The notes beneath the pieces were generated by a model that saw only the letters and a program-made list of their open reading frames with translations, ran no database searches and was not told where the DNA came from. Of a DNA stretch of 64,000 bases, positions 1 to 9,650 are shown in pieces. Made by a program: the position numbers and the translations under genes. Position 1 is the first letter of the stretch. Every line of letters begins with the position of its first letter. Source of the stretch: Salmonella phage vB_SenS-3; sequence record OR896822.1. One strand, given 5' to 3'.

Positions 1-90
1 TTGAGAGAATGTGCCAGGCAACTCCCTGTTATCTAGCACATATTTATTATATCTTGTTGTAATTACGGAATAATCACCTTCCTGCTCAAT

Positions 91-121
91 TGATACAAAC
101 GCCCGTAAAGCATATACGGGC
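91..121 (-). terminator. putative rho-independent terminator downstream of DNA polymerase gene
   Basis: 7-bp inverted repeat GCCCGTA/TACGGGC followed by T-rich run on minus strand, just after pol stop at 131. Confidence 0.4.
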
Positions 122-130
122 AATTTGAAA

Positions 131-2698
131 TCAAGCACCTAAAATCCTTTTCACATTATCCAGATCTTTACATACAGCAATAAACTTATCATCCTTGTAC
201 TTGCTGTGGTCTGGATGCTCTTTATCCATTGCAGCTAACTTCTTATACTCGAAATCTGCATCGAGTAATACACCCTTAACATAACGAGTATATTCATCAT
301 CATCAATACAAGCGATTGATGGGTGCTGTTTCTTCATCTTACCACAAGAGTAGTCGCGAGAACCACCTTTCTCAGAATCAGAATCAATACCGATTGGGCA
401 ACCAGGGATACTAATACCACGATCCTTCTGGATGTTACGAATCAGAATCTCGTTATACTGATCGATCAGATCTTCACGTACAATGGCAACCACGGAGTCG
501 TGAACCAACATGACGATCTTCATCTCTTTTCCTAGACCCAGTGACAGGATTTCTTCATCAGCATCAATAGCACCTAACAACAGGCTATCAGAAGATGCAG
601 ACTGAATGATTGCGTTAAATCCAGAACGGATTTCTTCACCTTGAACACCACGATCTTCGGAATGGATGTTGTGCAGACGACGCTTACGACCAAAGTGACT
701 ATAGATGAATCCAAAGTTCTTGATCTGATCGTGGCACTTATCAATCCAACGCTTAAGCTGAGGGAACTGACCGAAGTAAGTTTCGATATAGTCCTTAGCA
801 TCTGCAACGGTACATTCAACAAACGGTTCGCCTGTCTTAGCAGCCTGTTCCAGAAGAGCTTCGTTAACAGAATGAGCTACTTTCGCTGGGCCAGAACCAT
901 ACAGAATACCGAAGGTAATTGCCTTAGCAGCCTGACGCAGAGCTGGGAACAGCTTTTTAACATCACGTGGTTCACAGGTCAGTTTAAATACCATGTGTGC
1001 GATGTTTGAGTGGAAGTCAGGGTATTTATCCGGCTCATTCTTCATGTTGATAAATACTTGTTGCATGTTTCTGTCACCAGACAGTACAGCAGCGTAATAA
1101 ACTTCCGCAGTTGTTAAGTCCCATGCGATTACACGATATCCAGGGGGAGCTACTACACAACCCTTGATAATAGATTCATCACGTGGTAACTGTTGCAGGT
1201 TTAGCTTACCAGAAGAACTCAGACGACCAGAAGTAGTCATGTGTTCGTGGAAACCGGTACGAATGCAACCATCTGCATCGATGCTCAGAAGAATCTTCTC
1301 AACATAAGTAGAGATCAGCTTAGTCAGCTTACGAATCTCTAGCAGAGTTTTAGCAATCGGGTGCTGAGTAGCCAGTTCATTCAGAGCTTCTGCATTTGTA
1401 GAATCTGCACCTGTATCCGTCAGTTTACCAGTTGGAGTCAAACCAACATAATCAAACAGAAGAACACGGAGTTGCTTAACAGAGTTCGGGTTAAACGCCT
1501 CGTTCTGATTCTTCTCCAGCTGAACGACTTCTGGATAAGTATACAGCTTCTCACGAGCCATATTTAATCGATGTGTCAACTGATACTGAGCTTCTTTCAA
1601 GCGATCAACGGAAATCGGTACACCACGATCTTCAACACGTTGCAGGAATACACAACCAGGCATCAGAACTTCGTAGTATAGACTGCAAAGCTTTTCGTTC
1701 TTCTCAATTTTTGGTAAGAAGAAGTTATGCAGACGCAGAGTAGCATCGGTATCTTTTGCAGCATATGGCCACATAATATCAAAAGGAATCAGATCATAGC
1801 TGAAATCCTCTTTTTTGATCTTATGTGCCTTGCAATAATCATCCTTGAACTTATCCAGTTCAAAGTCATAATCGCCCATGTCAGTATACTTCATAGCCAG
1901 AGATTTCAAGCCGTGAGTACCACGACGTTCATCAAGAACATAGTGTTGCAACATGGTATCATGAAGTCTACGCTCTTTATGTGCTTTCTCGAAGGAAAGT
2001 CTTAGATGATAGGAGTAAAAGTGCATATCGAACTTCAAGTTATGAAAAACGATCTGATGATTCTTGCTATCCAGAATTTTCTGGAGATAATGTACAGCTA
2101 CTTCGGTAATGCTGTCAGAGTCAATATAGACACCCTGATACTCTTGGTGAGACATAGAAACACCAAGAAGATAACCATCACGAGCATACAGAGCTGAGGT
2201 TTCGGAGTCGAATGCGATAGGTCCGATAACCATGTTATACACCATCTTGATGTATTCTTCAGCTTCGTCTGGATCAGTAATAGGACGATAATCACCAGCT
2301 TTTGCAATCTTCTCACGACCATTAATAATGTCGTGAATACTTTCAACAGTAGCATCGAAAACTGGTTTCATTTCAGGTTTAAAGTGTAGCTGAGCTGGAC
2401 TAATACTTGCAATCCAGTTGGCATAGCCACCATGCTCTACACGTTTACCAGTATAATCACCGATACCTTTCTTACCTGCGAAGTACAGGAAAGGTTCAGC
2501 ACCGACTAGCACAACAAAATCGTAATCGTTCGGATCGAACGGGTTATCTGGAGTTCCGATTGTAATATGCTTTTTCAGCAAACGACCAGATAACTTCTCG
2601 TTACACATATGGAATACATCAACTTCCTCACCATAAAGCTGGAAGTGTTTATCATAACGAGTGTTATTTAGAGCTTTATCAACTACTGCAATTTTCAA
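131..2698 (-). CDS. DNA polymerase, family A (Pol I-like) with 3'-5' exonuclease domain
   Basis: 855 aa ORF; exo motif FDSETSALY; motif B RQAAKAITFGILYGSG; motif C VMLVHDSV. Confidence 0.9.
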   Translation of the reverse strand: MKIAVVDKALNNTRYDKHFQLYGEEVDVFHMCNEKLSGRLLKKHITIGTPDNPFDPNDYDFVVLVGAEPFLYFAGKKGIGDYTGKRVEHGGYANWIASISPAQLHFKPEMKPVFDATVESIHDIINGREKIAKAGDYRPITDPDEAEEYIKMVYNMVIGPIAFDSETSALYARDGYLLGVSMSHQEYQGVYIDSDSITEVAVHYLQKILDSKNHQIVFHNLKFDMHFYSYHLRLSFEKAHKERRLHDTMLQHYVLDERRGTHGLKSLAMKYTDMGDYDFELDKFKDDYCKAHKIKKEDFSYDLIPFDIMWPYAAKDTDATLRLHNFFLPKIEKNEKLCSLYYEVLMPGCVFLQRVEDRGVPISVDRLKEAQYQLTHRLNMAREKLYTYPEVVQLEKNQNEAFNPNSVKQLRVLLFDYVGLTPTGKLTDTGADSTNAEALNELATQHPIAKTLLEIRKLTKLISTYVEKILLSIDADGCIRTGFHEHMTTSGRLSSSGKLNLQQLPRDESIIKGCVVAPPGYRVIAWDLTTAEVYYAAVLSGDRNMQQVFINMKNEPDKYPDFHSNIAHMVFKLTCEPRDVKKLFPALRQAAKAITFGILYGSGPAKVAHSVNEALLEQAAKTGEPFVECTVADAKDYIETYFGQFPQLKRWIDKCHDQIKNFGFIYSHFGRKRRLHNIHSEDRGVQGEEIRSGFNAIIQSASSDSLLLGAIDADEEILSLGLGKEMKIVMLVHDSVVAIVREDLIDQYNEILIRNIQKDRGISIPGCPIGIDSDSEKGGSRDYSCGKMKKQHPSIACIDDDEYTRYVKGVLLDADFEYKKLAAMDKEHPDHSKYKDDKFIAVCKDLDNVKRILGA

Positions 2699-2760
2699 AT
2701 TTAGTCTCCTTTTGGTAAGTAAGTATAACTTCAGTGTTTCTTCTCTAACTTACCAATATA

Positions 2761-3651
2761 TTATACCAAATCTTTGAGCGATTCGGCAACTAAAATTTCA
2801 ATACGTTGAGCCAACATATCGATCTCTTCTTTATTTAAATCACCTGGGTCTTTGCCTTCTGGAAGAAGGAAGTTACCAACTATAGGTGTTAAACGTGTTT
2901 TTGTACGAATTAGCTTCGCTAGTGCTTGGGCAGCTTTATTACCAGAGGCATCATTATCTAGCAAGATAACAACTACTCTTACTCCAGCAATAATGTAAGG
3001 ACTAAACTTATCCGCAATGTTATCAGATGTAAACTGATGTGTACCAAAGCAGCAAGAAGCATAATCTACACCATTGTCTTCTAGATTTAACATATCAAAG
3101 ATACCTTCAACTAGAACAAGAACTGGTGTATTATATCGTACAGGGAAAATCGGTGGTGAAACTTGTTTTGGTTTTACTAAGTATTTAGGAGGGGCAGAAC
3201 TGTTTATAGAACGTCCCAGGAATAGGATATTGCGTCCAACAGCATCTGTTATTGGGAATACAATTCTGCCTTCCCAGTCTGCTTGATGTTGGAAAGCAAA
3301 ATATTTCTTCAAGGTCTTAGAACTGATACCTCGGAAATCACCTTCGAAAAGGTAAGCAGATTCAGGAATTGCAAGATTCGTAGATCCATTCCTAATCTCT
3401 GAAATCTTTTTACGTACTTGTGACAATCTTGGGGACTGTCTGTACTGAGTCTCATTAAAATAATGGTAAATGCTCGGTATTCCTCTACCGAAGCCACAGC
3501 TCAAGCAATGCATAATACCTGATTCAGGATCAATACGCAAGCTTGGGTGTTTATCATCATGATCTGGATTGAGACAACAGATGAGGATGTCCCCACCTGT
3601 GTCTTTGTATTCAATGCCTTTCAGATCAAGTAGTTCTGTTATTCTACTCAT
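2761..3651 (-). CDS. DNA primase (DnaG-like, zinc finger + TOPRIM)
   Basis: 296 aa; CxxC zinc-binding region (HCLSCGFGRG); TOPRIM motifs LVEGIFD and VVVILLDNDASG. Confidence 0.8.
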   Translation of the reverse strand: MSRITELLDLKGIEYKDTGGDILICCLNPDHDDKHPSLRIDPESGIMHCLSCGFGRGIPSIYHYFNETQYRQSPRLSQVRKKISEIRNGSTNLAIPESAYLFEGDFRGISSKTLKKYFAFQHQADWEGRIVFPITDAVGRNILFLGRSINSSAPPKYLVKPKQVSPPIFPVRYNTPVLVLVEGIFDMLNLEDNGVDYASCCFGTHQFTSDNIADKFSPYIIAGVRVVVILLDNDASGNKAAQALAKLIRTKTRLTPIVGNFLLPEGKDPGDLNKEEIDMLAQRIEILVAESLKDLV

Positions 3652-5120
3652 ATATCGCTGGCCTGTTCACCTGTTGAATTTTCAGCTTTGTCTTTCTTAG
3701 CACGTTTAGGTTGAGCTGGTTTATCCTTTTCAATAGGAATAACGAACTCAGCTTCCATTTGCGCAATATCTTCCATTGCTAGGTTGGTAGTGTTATCCAT
3801 TCGCAGAGTTTCCCAGTTCATCTTAGGCATAAACTTCACACTATCAGAGGAACGAGTCTTAACGAAGTCAAACATAATAGCACCTTGACCATTATCAGCT
3901 TTTGCAGCATTAAGATTAGCAGCCATATCTGCGGAATCAAGAATCCCTTTAGACATACGCGTTCTACCATCTTGGTCAATCTGATAAGGAGCAACACCAG
4001 CCACGTTATGTTTCTGGCAGATAGATTTGAAAGACGAACTAACAACCATCTGTTCTTTCCAGTCATACATGTCAATGGTCTTTGAATCTGGAAGTCTTGT
4101 TTGGTTAATATAGTCTAGAAGAGCTACAGTAACCTTATCACCATACTTAGCAACTAGTTTATTTAATTCTACGTCAACCGTCGTAATAGACAGTTCAGGA
4201 TCGTAAACGATGATCATAGGAGTGTGAAGTTCATAGCTTTCAAGGAGTTTACTTTCCATATCATAGAAGTCACTCATTTTAGCCATAGTGTACTGCTTAA
4301 CGAAACTATCGAAAAGCTCTTCACCACCATTAAACATTCTAGCCCTAGTTCTGGCTAATCTCAACAGAGCAGCACCTTCAAGAGTGTTATTACGCATTGC
4401 TAATGCAGATACTCCAGCTAACATAGCCAGATTACGTCTAAACACTTCGTGCTCTTTCATCTCAATTGAGAAATATGGAGCAATGTCTCCATTCAAATAT
4501 TGCTGAACCTGTATGTTTGAACAGATAATGGATTTACCAGTACCACGCCAACCACCAAGCAGTAACGTTTCTGTGCGAGCTAAACCAATTTGAGCGTCGA
4601 ACTCATTACAAATACCAAGAGCGATCAAGTTCAGTTTGGTATCTTCTTCTCTCTGGAAAATACGCATTGTGTCCGCGTTGAATACCTTTCCAGTATTCGT
4701 TACTTTCTCTTCTAATTTTAAGTGAAGGGAGGCAACTCGATTGAGAATTTCTCCCTGATCCAGCATTGTTAAATCTTGAAGCACGTCTGTTTCTAGAAGT
4801 TTCAGGAATAGATCCTGTGTATATTCAGCTTCTAGGACTTCAAGTGCCTGTTCCATGCTCACTTCTGGAATTTGAGTGTTAGCTAAGACGACAAGAGCTT
4901 GAGAAAGGCGGGCGTTCCTATTGGCCTCAAGCATCAGTGCGTCAATGGACGGCATTGCGTTATATTTCTTATAATAATTCTGGACGGCTTGGTAAATTGA
5001 GGAGAAAGCGTCATTAAAATGATCTTTATGCAGTTTTGAGAATGTTTCCAATGCTATTTGCTTCTGTTCAGAAGCGAGAAGCATCTTCAACACTACAGCT
5101 TGCACGTTAAACAAGGTCAT
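3648..5120 (-). CDS. replicative DNA helicase (DnaB-like)
   Basis: Walker A GGWRGTGKS; overlaps primase start by 4 nt; ATG at 5120 preceded by AAGGAG chosen over upstream ATG at 5171, which sits inside a terminator hairpin. Confidence 0.8.
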   Translation of the reverse strand: MTLFNVQAVVLKMLLASEQKQIALETFSKLHKDHFNDAFSSIYQAVQNYYKKYNAMPSIDALMLEANRNARLSQALVVLANTQIPEVSMEQALEVLEAEYTQDLFLKLLETDVLQDLTMLDQGEILNRVASLHLKLEEKVTNTGKVFNADTMRIFQREEDTKLNLIALGICNEFDAQIGLARTETLLLGGWRGTGKSIICSNIQVQQYLNGDIAPYFSIEMKEHEVFRRNLAMLAGVSALAMRNNTLEGAALLRLARTRARMFNGGEELFDSFVKQYTMAKMSDFYDMESKLLESYELHTPMIIVYDPELSITTVDVELNKLVAKYGDKVTVALLDYINQTRLPDSKTIDMYDWKEQMVVSSSFKSICQKHNVAGVAPYQIDQDGRTRMSKGILDSADMAANLNAAKADNGQGAIMFDFVKTRSSDSVKFMPKMNWETLRMDNTTNLAMEDIAQMEAEFVIPIEKDKPAQPKRAKKDKAENSTGEQASDI

Positions 5121-5155
5121 TCTCCTTTGCACGCTTTCGTGCCTTCTAAATGCAA

Positions 5156-5186
5156 AAAGGGGAAGGAGCATAGCCCCCTCCCCTTA
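5156..5186 (-). terminator. putative terminator between 5203..5970 gene and helicase gene
   Basis: AAGGGGA/TCCCCTT inverted repeat followed on minus strand by TTTTTGC. Confidence 0.4.
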
Positions 5187-5202
5187 GGTTTAATTTACCA
5201 GA

Positions 5203-5970
5203 TTATTCAGCAGCCGCAGCTTTTGCATCCAGTTTAGCACGCTTAGCGGCACCATCATAGTCCTTAGCAACCAGACCACGACGAGACAGCATAGATTTAA
5301 CACCGCGCTCAGACTTACCAGTTTTCTCAGCGATCTCAGCAACAGTCATGTTAGCCAGATCCAGACCTTCTAACAGATCTTCACGAGTTTTAGCACTTGA
5401 AGTTTCCTGTACCGGCATAGCAGCGATACGACCTTCACGAAGCAGGCTCAGAGCTTTACCACGGATCTGCTTAATATTGCGACCGAAGTGAGCAGCGATA
5501 GCTTCAATAGTAGCACCAGCAACAACCTGATTAACGAAATCAGTTTCTTCGTCAGGAGTGAAGGAACGAACAGCAGCAGTTTTTTCAGTTGGCTTAACAG
5601 AAGCAGTCATTTCCAGACTCAGGATCTTACCCTGTACCTGCTTAGCACCGAACTGACCACCAGCTACAGCAGCAGCGATTTCAGCGTAAGTATACTGACC
5701 AGCATGAGCGTTCAGGAAATCAACCAGTTCAGCTTCCTGTTCAGGAGTCCACGGGGATTTCTGTACTTCGTTAGCTTTCTGTACTTCGAAACCTTCTTTA
5801 CGCAGCTTAGAGCCAACAGAGCGAGCGGTAACGTCTTTACCAGTCTCGGTAGCCAGTTCAGCAGCGATAGCAGCTACTTGTTCTTGAGAGATTACAGCAA
5901 CACCCAGAGCAGTGGCTTTTGCTTTCAGAGACTCGGTTACACCTTCTACGTTCCAGTTCAGTTTAGACAT
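5203..5970 (-). CDS. putative DNA-binding protein with four tandem HTH-like repeats
   Basis: 255 aa, Ala-rich; four repeats of the pattern xEIAxxxGxxxxxxxGKxLSL; RBS present. Confidence 0.6.
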   Translation of the reverse strand: MSKLNWNVEGVTESLKAKATALGVAVISQEQVAAIAAELATETGKDVTARSVGSKLRKEGFEVQKANEVQKSPWTPEQEAELVDFLNAHAGQYTYAEIAAAVAGGQFGAKQVQGKILSLEMTASVKPTEKTAAVRSFTPDEETDFVNQVVAGATIEAIAAHFGRNIKQIRGKALSLLREGRIAAMPVQETSSAKTREDLLEGLDLANMTVAEIAEKTGKSERGVKSMLSRRGLVAKDYDGAAKRAKLDAKAAAAE

Positions 5971-6745
5971 TATTATTTTTCTCCAATAGTTCTTTAATCG
6001 ACAGGATTTCTATCCCATTCGTTTCGGCTTTCTTATAAGATGAGGAAGAACGTTTTGATTCATCCTCACAGATTAGGTATTTGACGTCTTTGGTAACGGA
6101 CTTCTTGACCGTATATCCTAGACTTTCTAAATAGTTTGTTGCATCCGTTCGATTTGCAAAATCTTGCAAAGATCCGGTAATACAGATCGTGATTCCATTT
6201 GGCTGGGCAACTAAATCATCCGTAATGATGATATCAGCTTTAGTACCTCGAATACCAGTTGAGAATTTCCATGGTAATTCAATAACATCCTTGCCTTGTG
6301 GGGAATTTAGCCAGGTTTTGTAATTTTCTCCAGCCTTGCCGTCAGCCTTCACATCGTGGAAGCTAGTGCAATTTTGGGACAGTTTCTTTGCTGCAACCTC
6401 TCCAATAAGAGGAATTCCTAAAGAACCGAGAACCGAACCAAAGTCAATGTCTCCGCGAACCTTAGTATTTAACTCGCTAATCAACTTAGCGGCAACCTTG
6501 CTACCAACAGCTCCGACCAAATCTTCTTCGGTCAGGTAAAACAGTTCTGAGATCTTAGTCAGTTCCAGCTTCTCAATAGTTTTCGGGCCAAAGCCCTTTA
6601 ACTTCATTTTTGTGCAGAAGTTCTCGATTAACTTACTTGATTGCGCTGGACAGTTGGACTTATTCCTACAGAATAATTGCCCGTTGACAAGATCTAGCTT
6701 AGAACCACAAGAGGGACATTGTGTTGGAATTTCGATTTTCATCAA
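5963..6745 (-). CDS. ligB: NAD-dependent DNA ligase, C-terminal part (Zn finger, HhH, BRCT)
   Basis: 260 aa; C4 zinc finger CPSCGSKLDLVNGQLFCRNKSNCPAQ; HhH-like GFGPKTIEKL; C-terminal BRCT-like region. Confidence 0.8.
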   Translation of the reverse strand: MMKIEIPTQCPSCGSKLDLVNGQLFCRNKSNCPAQSSKLIENFCTKMKLKGFGPKTIEKLELTKISELFYLTEEDLVGAVGSKVAAKLISELNTKVRGDIDFGSVLGSLGIPLIGEVAAKKLSQNCTSFHDVKADGKAGENYKTWLNSPQGKDVIELPWKFSTGIRGTKADIIITDDLVAQPNGITICITGSLQDFANRTDATNYLESLGYTVKKSVTKDVKYLICEDESKRSSSSYKKAETNGIEILSIKELLEKNNNV

Positions 6746-6771
6746 ATTTCTTCCTTATCAATTTATATAAA

Positions 6772-6800
6772 TATTATAGCAAGTATTTAAGCATTTAGCA
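6772..6800 (-). promoter_or_regulatory. sigma70-type promoter in the ligA-ligB gap
   Basis: minus-strand -35 TTGCTA, 17 bp spacer, -10 TATAAT, then conserved leader ATTTATATAAATTGATAAGG. Confidence 0.6.
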
Positions 6801-6944
6801 ACTACAATTTTAACTAACTTTGCTTACCCTCGCCATAACTTTCTATCCCTCAACTGAATGATAATAGTATATACCTAAGCGGCGAAAATGTCAATAACCA
6901 CTTTATAATTCCGACATGGTAAACGGGTAGCAAAGGGTTACGAA

Positions 6945-7919
6945 TTAGTCGTATACTCGCTCTACTATACAAGGGATTACACCACCAGCACGAATCACTC
7001 GAATCTGGCAACCGATCTCTAAATCGAGAGCGTTAATATAATCAACGTTATTAAGAGTTGCTTTAACGATTGTGGCATCATCAATAATCACCGGCTCGAA
7101 ATAACCAACTGGAGTTACTTTACCAGAAGCCCCTACTTGCCATTCAACTTTAACAAGTGTGGTAATTTCGCCTTCTTCATCCTCTTTAATAGCAAATGCA
7201 CCGCGAGGAAATTTATTAGTCCAACCTTCACGGAAGAATTTGTTGTTATCATTAATACGAACAACTTTACCATCCGTCGGAATCCACTTAAAGAAGGAAC
7301 GAACATTAACAACTGTCAAGAAGTTCTCATTCTCTAGCCAAAGCATATCTTTTAAATAGGCTTCTGTAATACCGACTGTTTCCGCTGAACACTGGATACC
7401 ATATGCAACGAAGATTAAACCACCTTCACCAATACGTTGCATGAAATCATCACTATCTTTCAGGTTAATAGCACCAGAAGCATAGTTACGTTTGTTCTCT
7501 ACTTCTTTAGTAATGAGAACTTCACCAGTGATTTGAGTTGGTACTTTTTGGGAAATAGTTTTGGGGATGTTCAGCATTTTAACATTATGCGTTACATCAT
7601 TCCCTAGAATACCGTTACCACGAGTTAACGCTTGAACAAACTCACCATTAATATATAATAGAGAAATCGCACAACCATCTAACTTATCAGTTTCAACCTG
7701 ACCAAGTGGGTTGAATGGAGCTTTATCACCACGATCGTAATAGACTTTCTGCAAAGAATACATACGATACAAATGAGGGATATCACCTTTCGGTCCGATT
7801 TCTTCCTCTAGTGGGAATCTTTTAATCAGACGATCATATTCTTCATCGGAAATAAGACTCATTCCCTGGTAGTACGCTTCTTGACAACGTTTAATAAAGT
7901 CTTTTACATTATTCATCAT
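6945..7919 (-). CDS. ligA: NAD-dependent DNA ligase, N-terminal part (adenylation + OB domain)
   Basis: 324 aa; adenylation motif KLDG (TDKLDGCAISLLY); separate ORF from the Zn-finger/BRCT part. Confidence 0.85.
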   Translation of the reverse strand: MMNNVKDFIKRCQEAYYQGMSLISDEEYDRLIKRFPLEEEIGPKGDIPHLYRMYSLQKVYYDRGDKAPFNPLGQVETDKLDGCAISLLYINGEFVQALTRGNGILGNDVTHNVKMLNIPKTISQKVPTQITGEVLITKEVENKRNYASGAINLKDSDDFMQRIGEGGLIFVAYGIQCSAETVGITEAYLKDMLWLENENFLTVVNVRSFFKWIPTDGKVVRINDNNKFFREGWTNKFPRGAFAIKEDEEGEITTLVKVEWQVGASGKVTPVGYFEPVIIDDATIVKATLNNVDYINALDLEIGCQIRVIRAGGVIPCIVERVYD

Positions 7920-8109
7920 CTGCGATTTCCATTTTGAGTTCTTTATTATACTGAGCAGCCATACCAGCTAAATCAGCAGCTTCTTTTAACCACGCATCTT
8001 TGTACGCTTTCTGGTTTGGAGTGCCAGTATTGTCCTGATAATTGATCTTTGCTATGGAAAGCAAATTAAGTTTTGCTTGAATCTTTGGAAGTGTTATTGT
8101 CATTGCCAT
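7909..8109 (-). CDS. hypothetical protein
   Basis: start set at internal ATG after RBS GAGAGGA in the conserved leader; overlaps ligA start by 11 nt. Confidence 0.5.
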   Translation of the reverse strand: MAMTITLPKIQAKLNLLSIAKINYQDNTGTPNQKAYKDAWLKEAADLAGMAAQYNKELKMEIADDE

Positions 8110-8138
8110 AATTGATCCTCTCATCAATTTATATAAAT

Positions 8139-8167
8139 ATTATATATGAAAACTGAGTCGAAAGCAA
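8139..8167 (-). promoter_or_regulatory. sigma70-type promoter
   Basis: minus-strand -35 TTGCTT, 17 bp, -10 TATAAT plus conserved ATATTTATATAAATTGATGAG leader. Confidence 0.6.
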
Positions 8168-8194
8168 GTACATTTATAAAGAAAAAGCCAAGAA

Positions 8195-8503
8195 CTAGGC
8201 ATTCTTGGCTTTGAGTTCTTCAGCTCGTTTCTGTACTTCATGCAAGACCTCGGATTCACTGAGGATTTGCGTAAAAGCGTAGAATAGCTGTGACGTAGTT
8301 TCTAGGGTATAAGGAAAAGAGAAGCCGGATTTCGTTGGAAACCACTCTCCAGTAATATCTTGGAGCCAGTAACGAATTCCCATGTATAGATTCCCACGAA
8401 ATTCAGATACGGTTAGTCTTACTTGTTCTCCCTCCTTCTCCCAAAGCATGATGGACTGGTCGTCAACGTGTCCTTCATAGTTTTGATTTACCTGATCGCT
8501 CAT
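8195..8503 (-). CDS. hypothetical protein
   Basis: 102 aa ORF, coding-like composition, co-oriented with neighbours. Confidence 0.55.
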   Translation of the reverse strand: MSDQVNQNYEGHVDDQSIMLWEKEGEQVRLTVSEFRGNLYMGIRYWLQDITGEWFPTKSGFSFPYTLETTSQLFYAFTQILSESEVLHEVQKRAEELKAKNA

Positions 8504-8519
8504 TTACATATCCCAAATA

Positions 8520-8543
8520 CACAAAAAGCCCCATATAGGGGCT
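8520..8543 (-). terminator. putative rho-independent terminator
   Basis: AGCCCC/GGGGCT hairpin with T-run on minus strand, immediately downstream of gene 8554..8850. Confidence 0.5.
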
Positions 8544-8553
8544 AATTGGTTTC

Positions 8554-8850
8554 TTATCGGCCTACTGGAGAAGCACGATCTAACTCTGACTGGAGGCTCG
8601 TCACACGGCGAACTTTCGCAACAGGAATGAAACGGAAGCTATCATTAGTACGAGAGAAAACGAGGATTTCATCTTCTTTCGGCTTACGGATGCGCTCACG
8701 TTTAATACGCTCAGCCAGGTATTTATCCTGAGCTGGATCAAATTCCATCGTACCCTGAAGGTACGTGGTTCCTTTCTGACGAAGTTTTTCGTAATGAAGA
8801 TAAAACTCACCAAATTTTTCGCATTGAGCAATAATTTCAGCTTTATTCAT
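8554..8850 (-). CDS. hypothetical protein
   Basis: 98 aa ORF; followed by terminator hairpin. Confidence 0.55.
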   Translation of the reverse strand: MNKAEIIAQCEKFGEFYLHYEKLRQKGTTYLQGTMEFDPAQDKYLAERIKRERIRKPKEDEILVFSRTNDSFRFIPVAKVRRVTSLQSELDRASPVGR

Positions 8851-8886
8851 AACTGTATTCCTTGTGTTGGTGGATTTATCTAAGAA

Positions 8887-9297
8887 TTACTTAGTGATAG
8901 CTCGGATAGCTTCTGCCAGATGAGCAGCTGCTTTACCGGTCAGCTTGTCGATGATTGCGTAGTCCAGGAAGTCCGGGGCTAAGCCAGCATCAGAGAATGC
9001 AGAGCGAAGATCGGAGTGAGCCTGAGCTTTGGAAGTACGAGAACCACCAGAAGCTTTTTCTCCAGTAGATGCGCTTGATTTAGAAGTAGAGCCAGCAGCT
9101 TTCTTGATATACAGACCTGCTTTGGTCAGCTTCATACGAAAACCGTTCGGAGTTACACCATTTTCCTGAGCAATTTCGCTAACAATTTCCATGCTAACGC
9201 CCGGACGCTCATCCTCTGGGAATTGCTCCATACGAGCAACGTAGTCGGAAGACATTTTTTCGAACAGTTCATCAGTCCACTGAGTTGGAGTAGTCAT
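8887..9297 (-). CDS. hypothetical protein
   Basis: 136 aa ORF downstream of minus-strand promoter at 9356..9384. Confidence 0.55.
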   Translation of the reverse strand: MTTPTQWTDELFEKMSSDYVARMEQFPEDERPGVSMEIVSEIAQENGVTPNGFRMKLTKAGLYIKKAAGSTSKSSASTGEKASGGSRTSKAQAHSDLRSAFSDAGLAPDFLDYAIIDKLTGKAAAHLAEAIRAITK

Positions 9298-9355
9298 ATT
9301 TTTCGATTTCCTTAATTAAGAATTAAACAGAATAGTTCTTTCAAACTATGAGAAT

Positions 9356-9384
9356 ATTATATCAATAATTACAGGATTAAGCAA
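9356..9384 (-). promoter_or_regulatory. sigma70-type promoter
   Basis: minus-strand -35 TTGCTT, 17 bp, -10 TATAAT. Confidence 0.55.
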
Positions 9385-9404
9385 CTGAAATTTTTCAGTA
9401 ACTG

Positions 9405-9650
9405 CTACACATCTAGTTCAACGATCTCCCAATCGTCAGCCAGGGCTTCGTCTAGGGAGAGTTCTACCTCTTGCTTATACGCTCGCTTTACATCCTCAGC
9501 CGTATCGTTAGGTAATGGCACAAACCTTTTAACAGTATCGGCATCAACGTTAAACTCGAAAAGCATAGTAAATGTTTTACTATTTTCCCAGCAATCTCGC
9601 TGGAGATATTTTACGTCTCCAGCTTTTAACAGATCAGTTAGTTTACTCAC
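9405..9650 (-). CDS. hypothetical protein
   Basis: 81 aa acidic ORF; overlaps upstream gene end by 8 nt. Confidence 0.55.
   Translation of the reverse strand: MSKLTDLLKAGDVKYLQRDCWENSKTFTMLFEFNVDADTVKRFVPLPNDTAEDVKRAYKQEVELSLDEALADDWEIVELDV

Noticed and set aside
3648-5171. Helicase start at ATG 5171
   Set aside because: That codon lies inside the terminator hairpin of the upstream gene; ATG 5120 with adjacent AAGGAG preferred, though RBS spacing is short and either start remains possible
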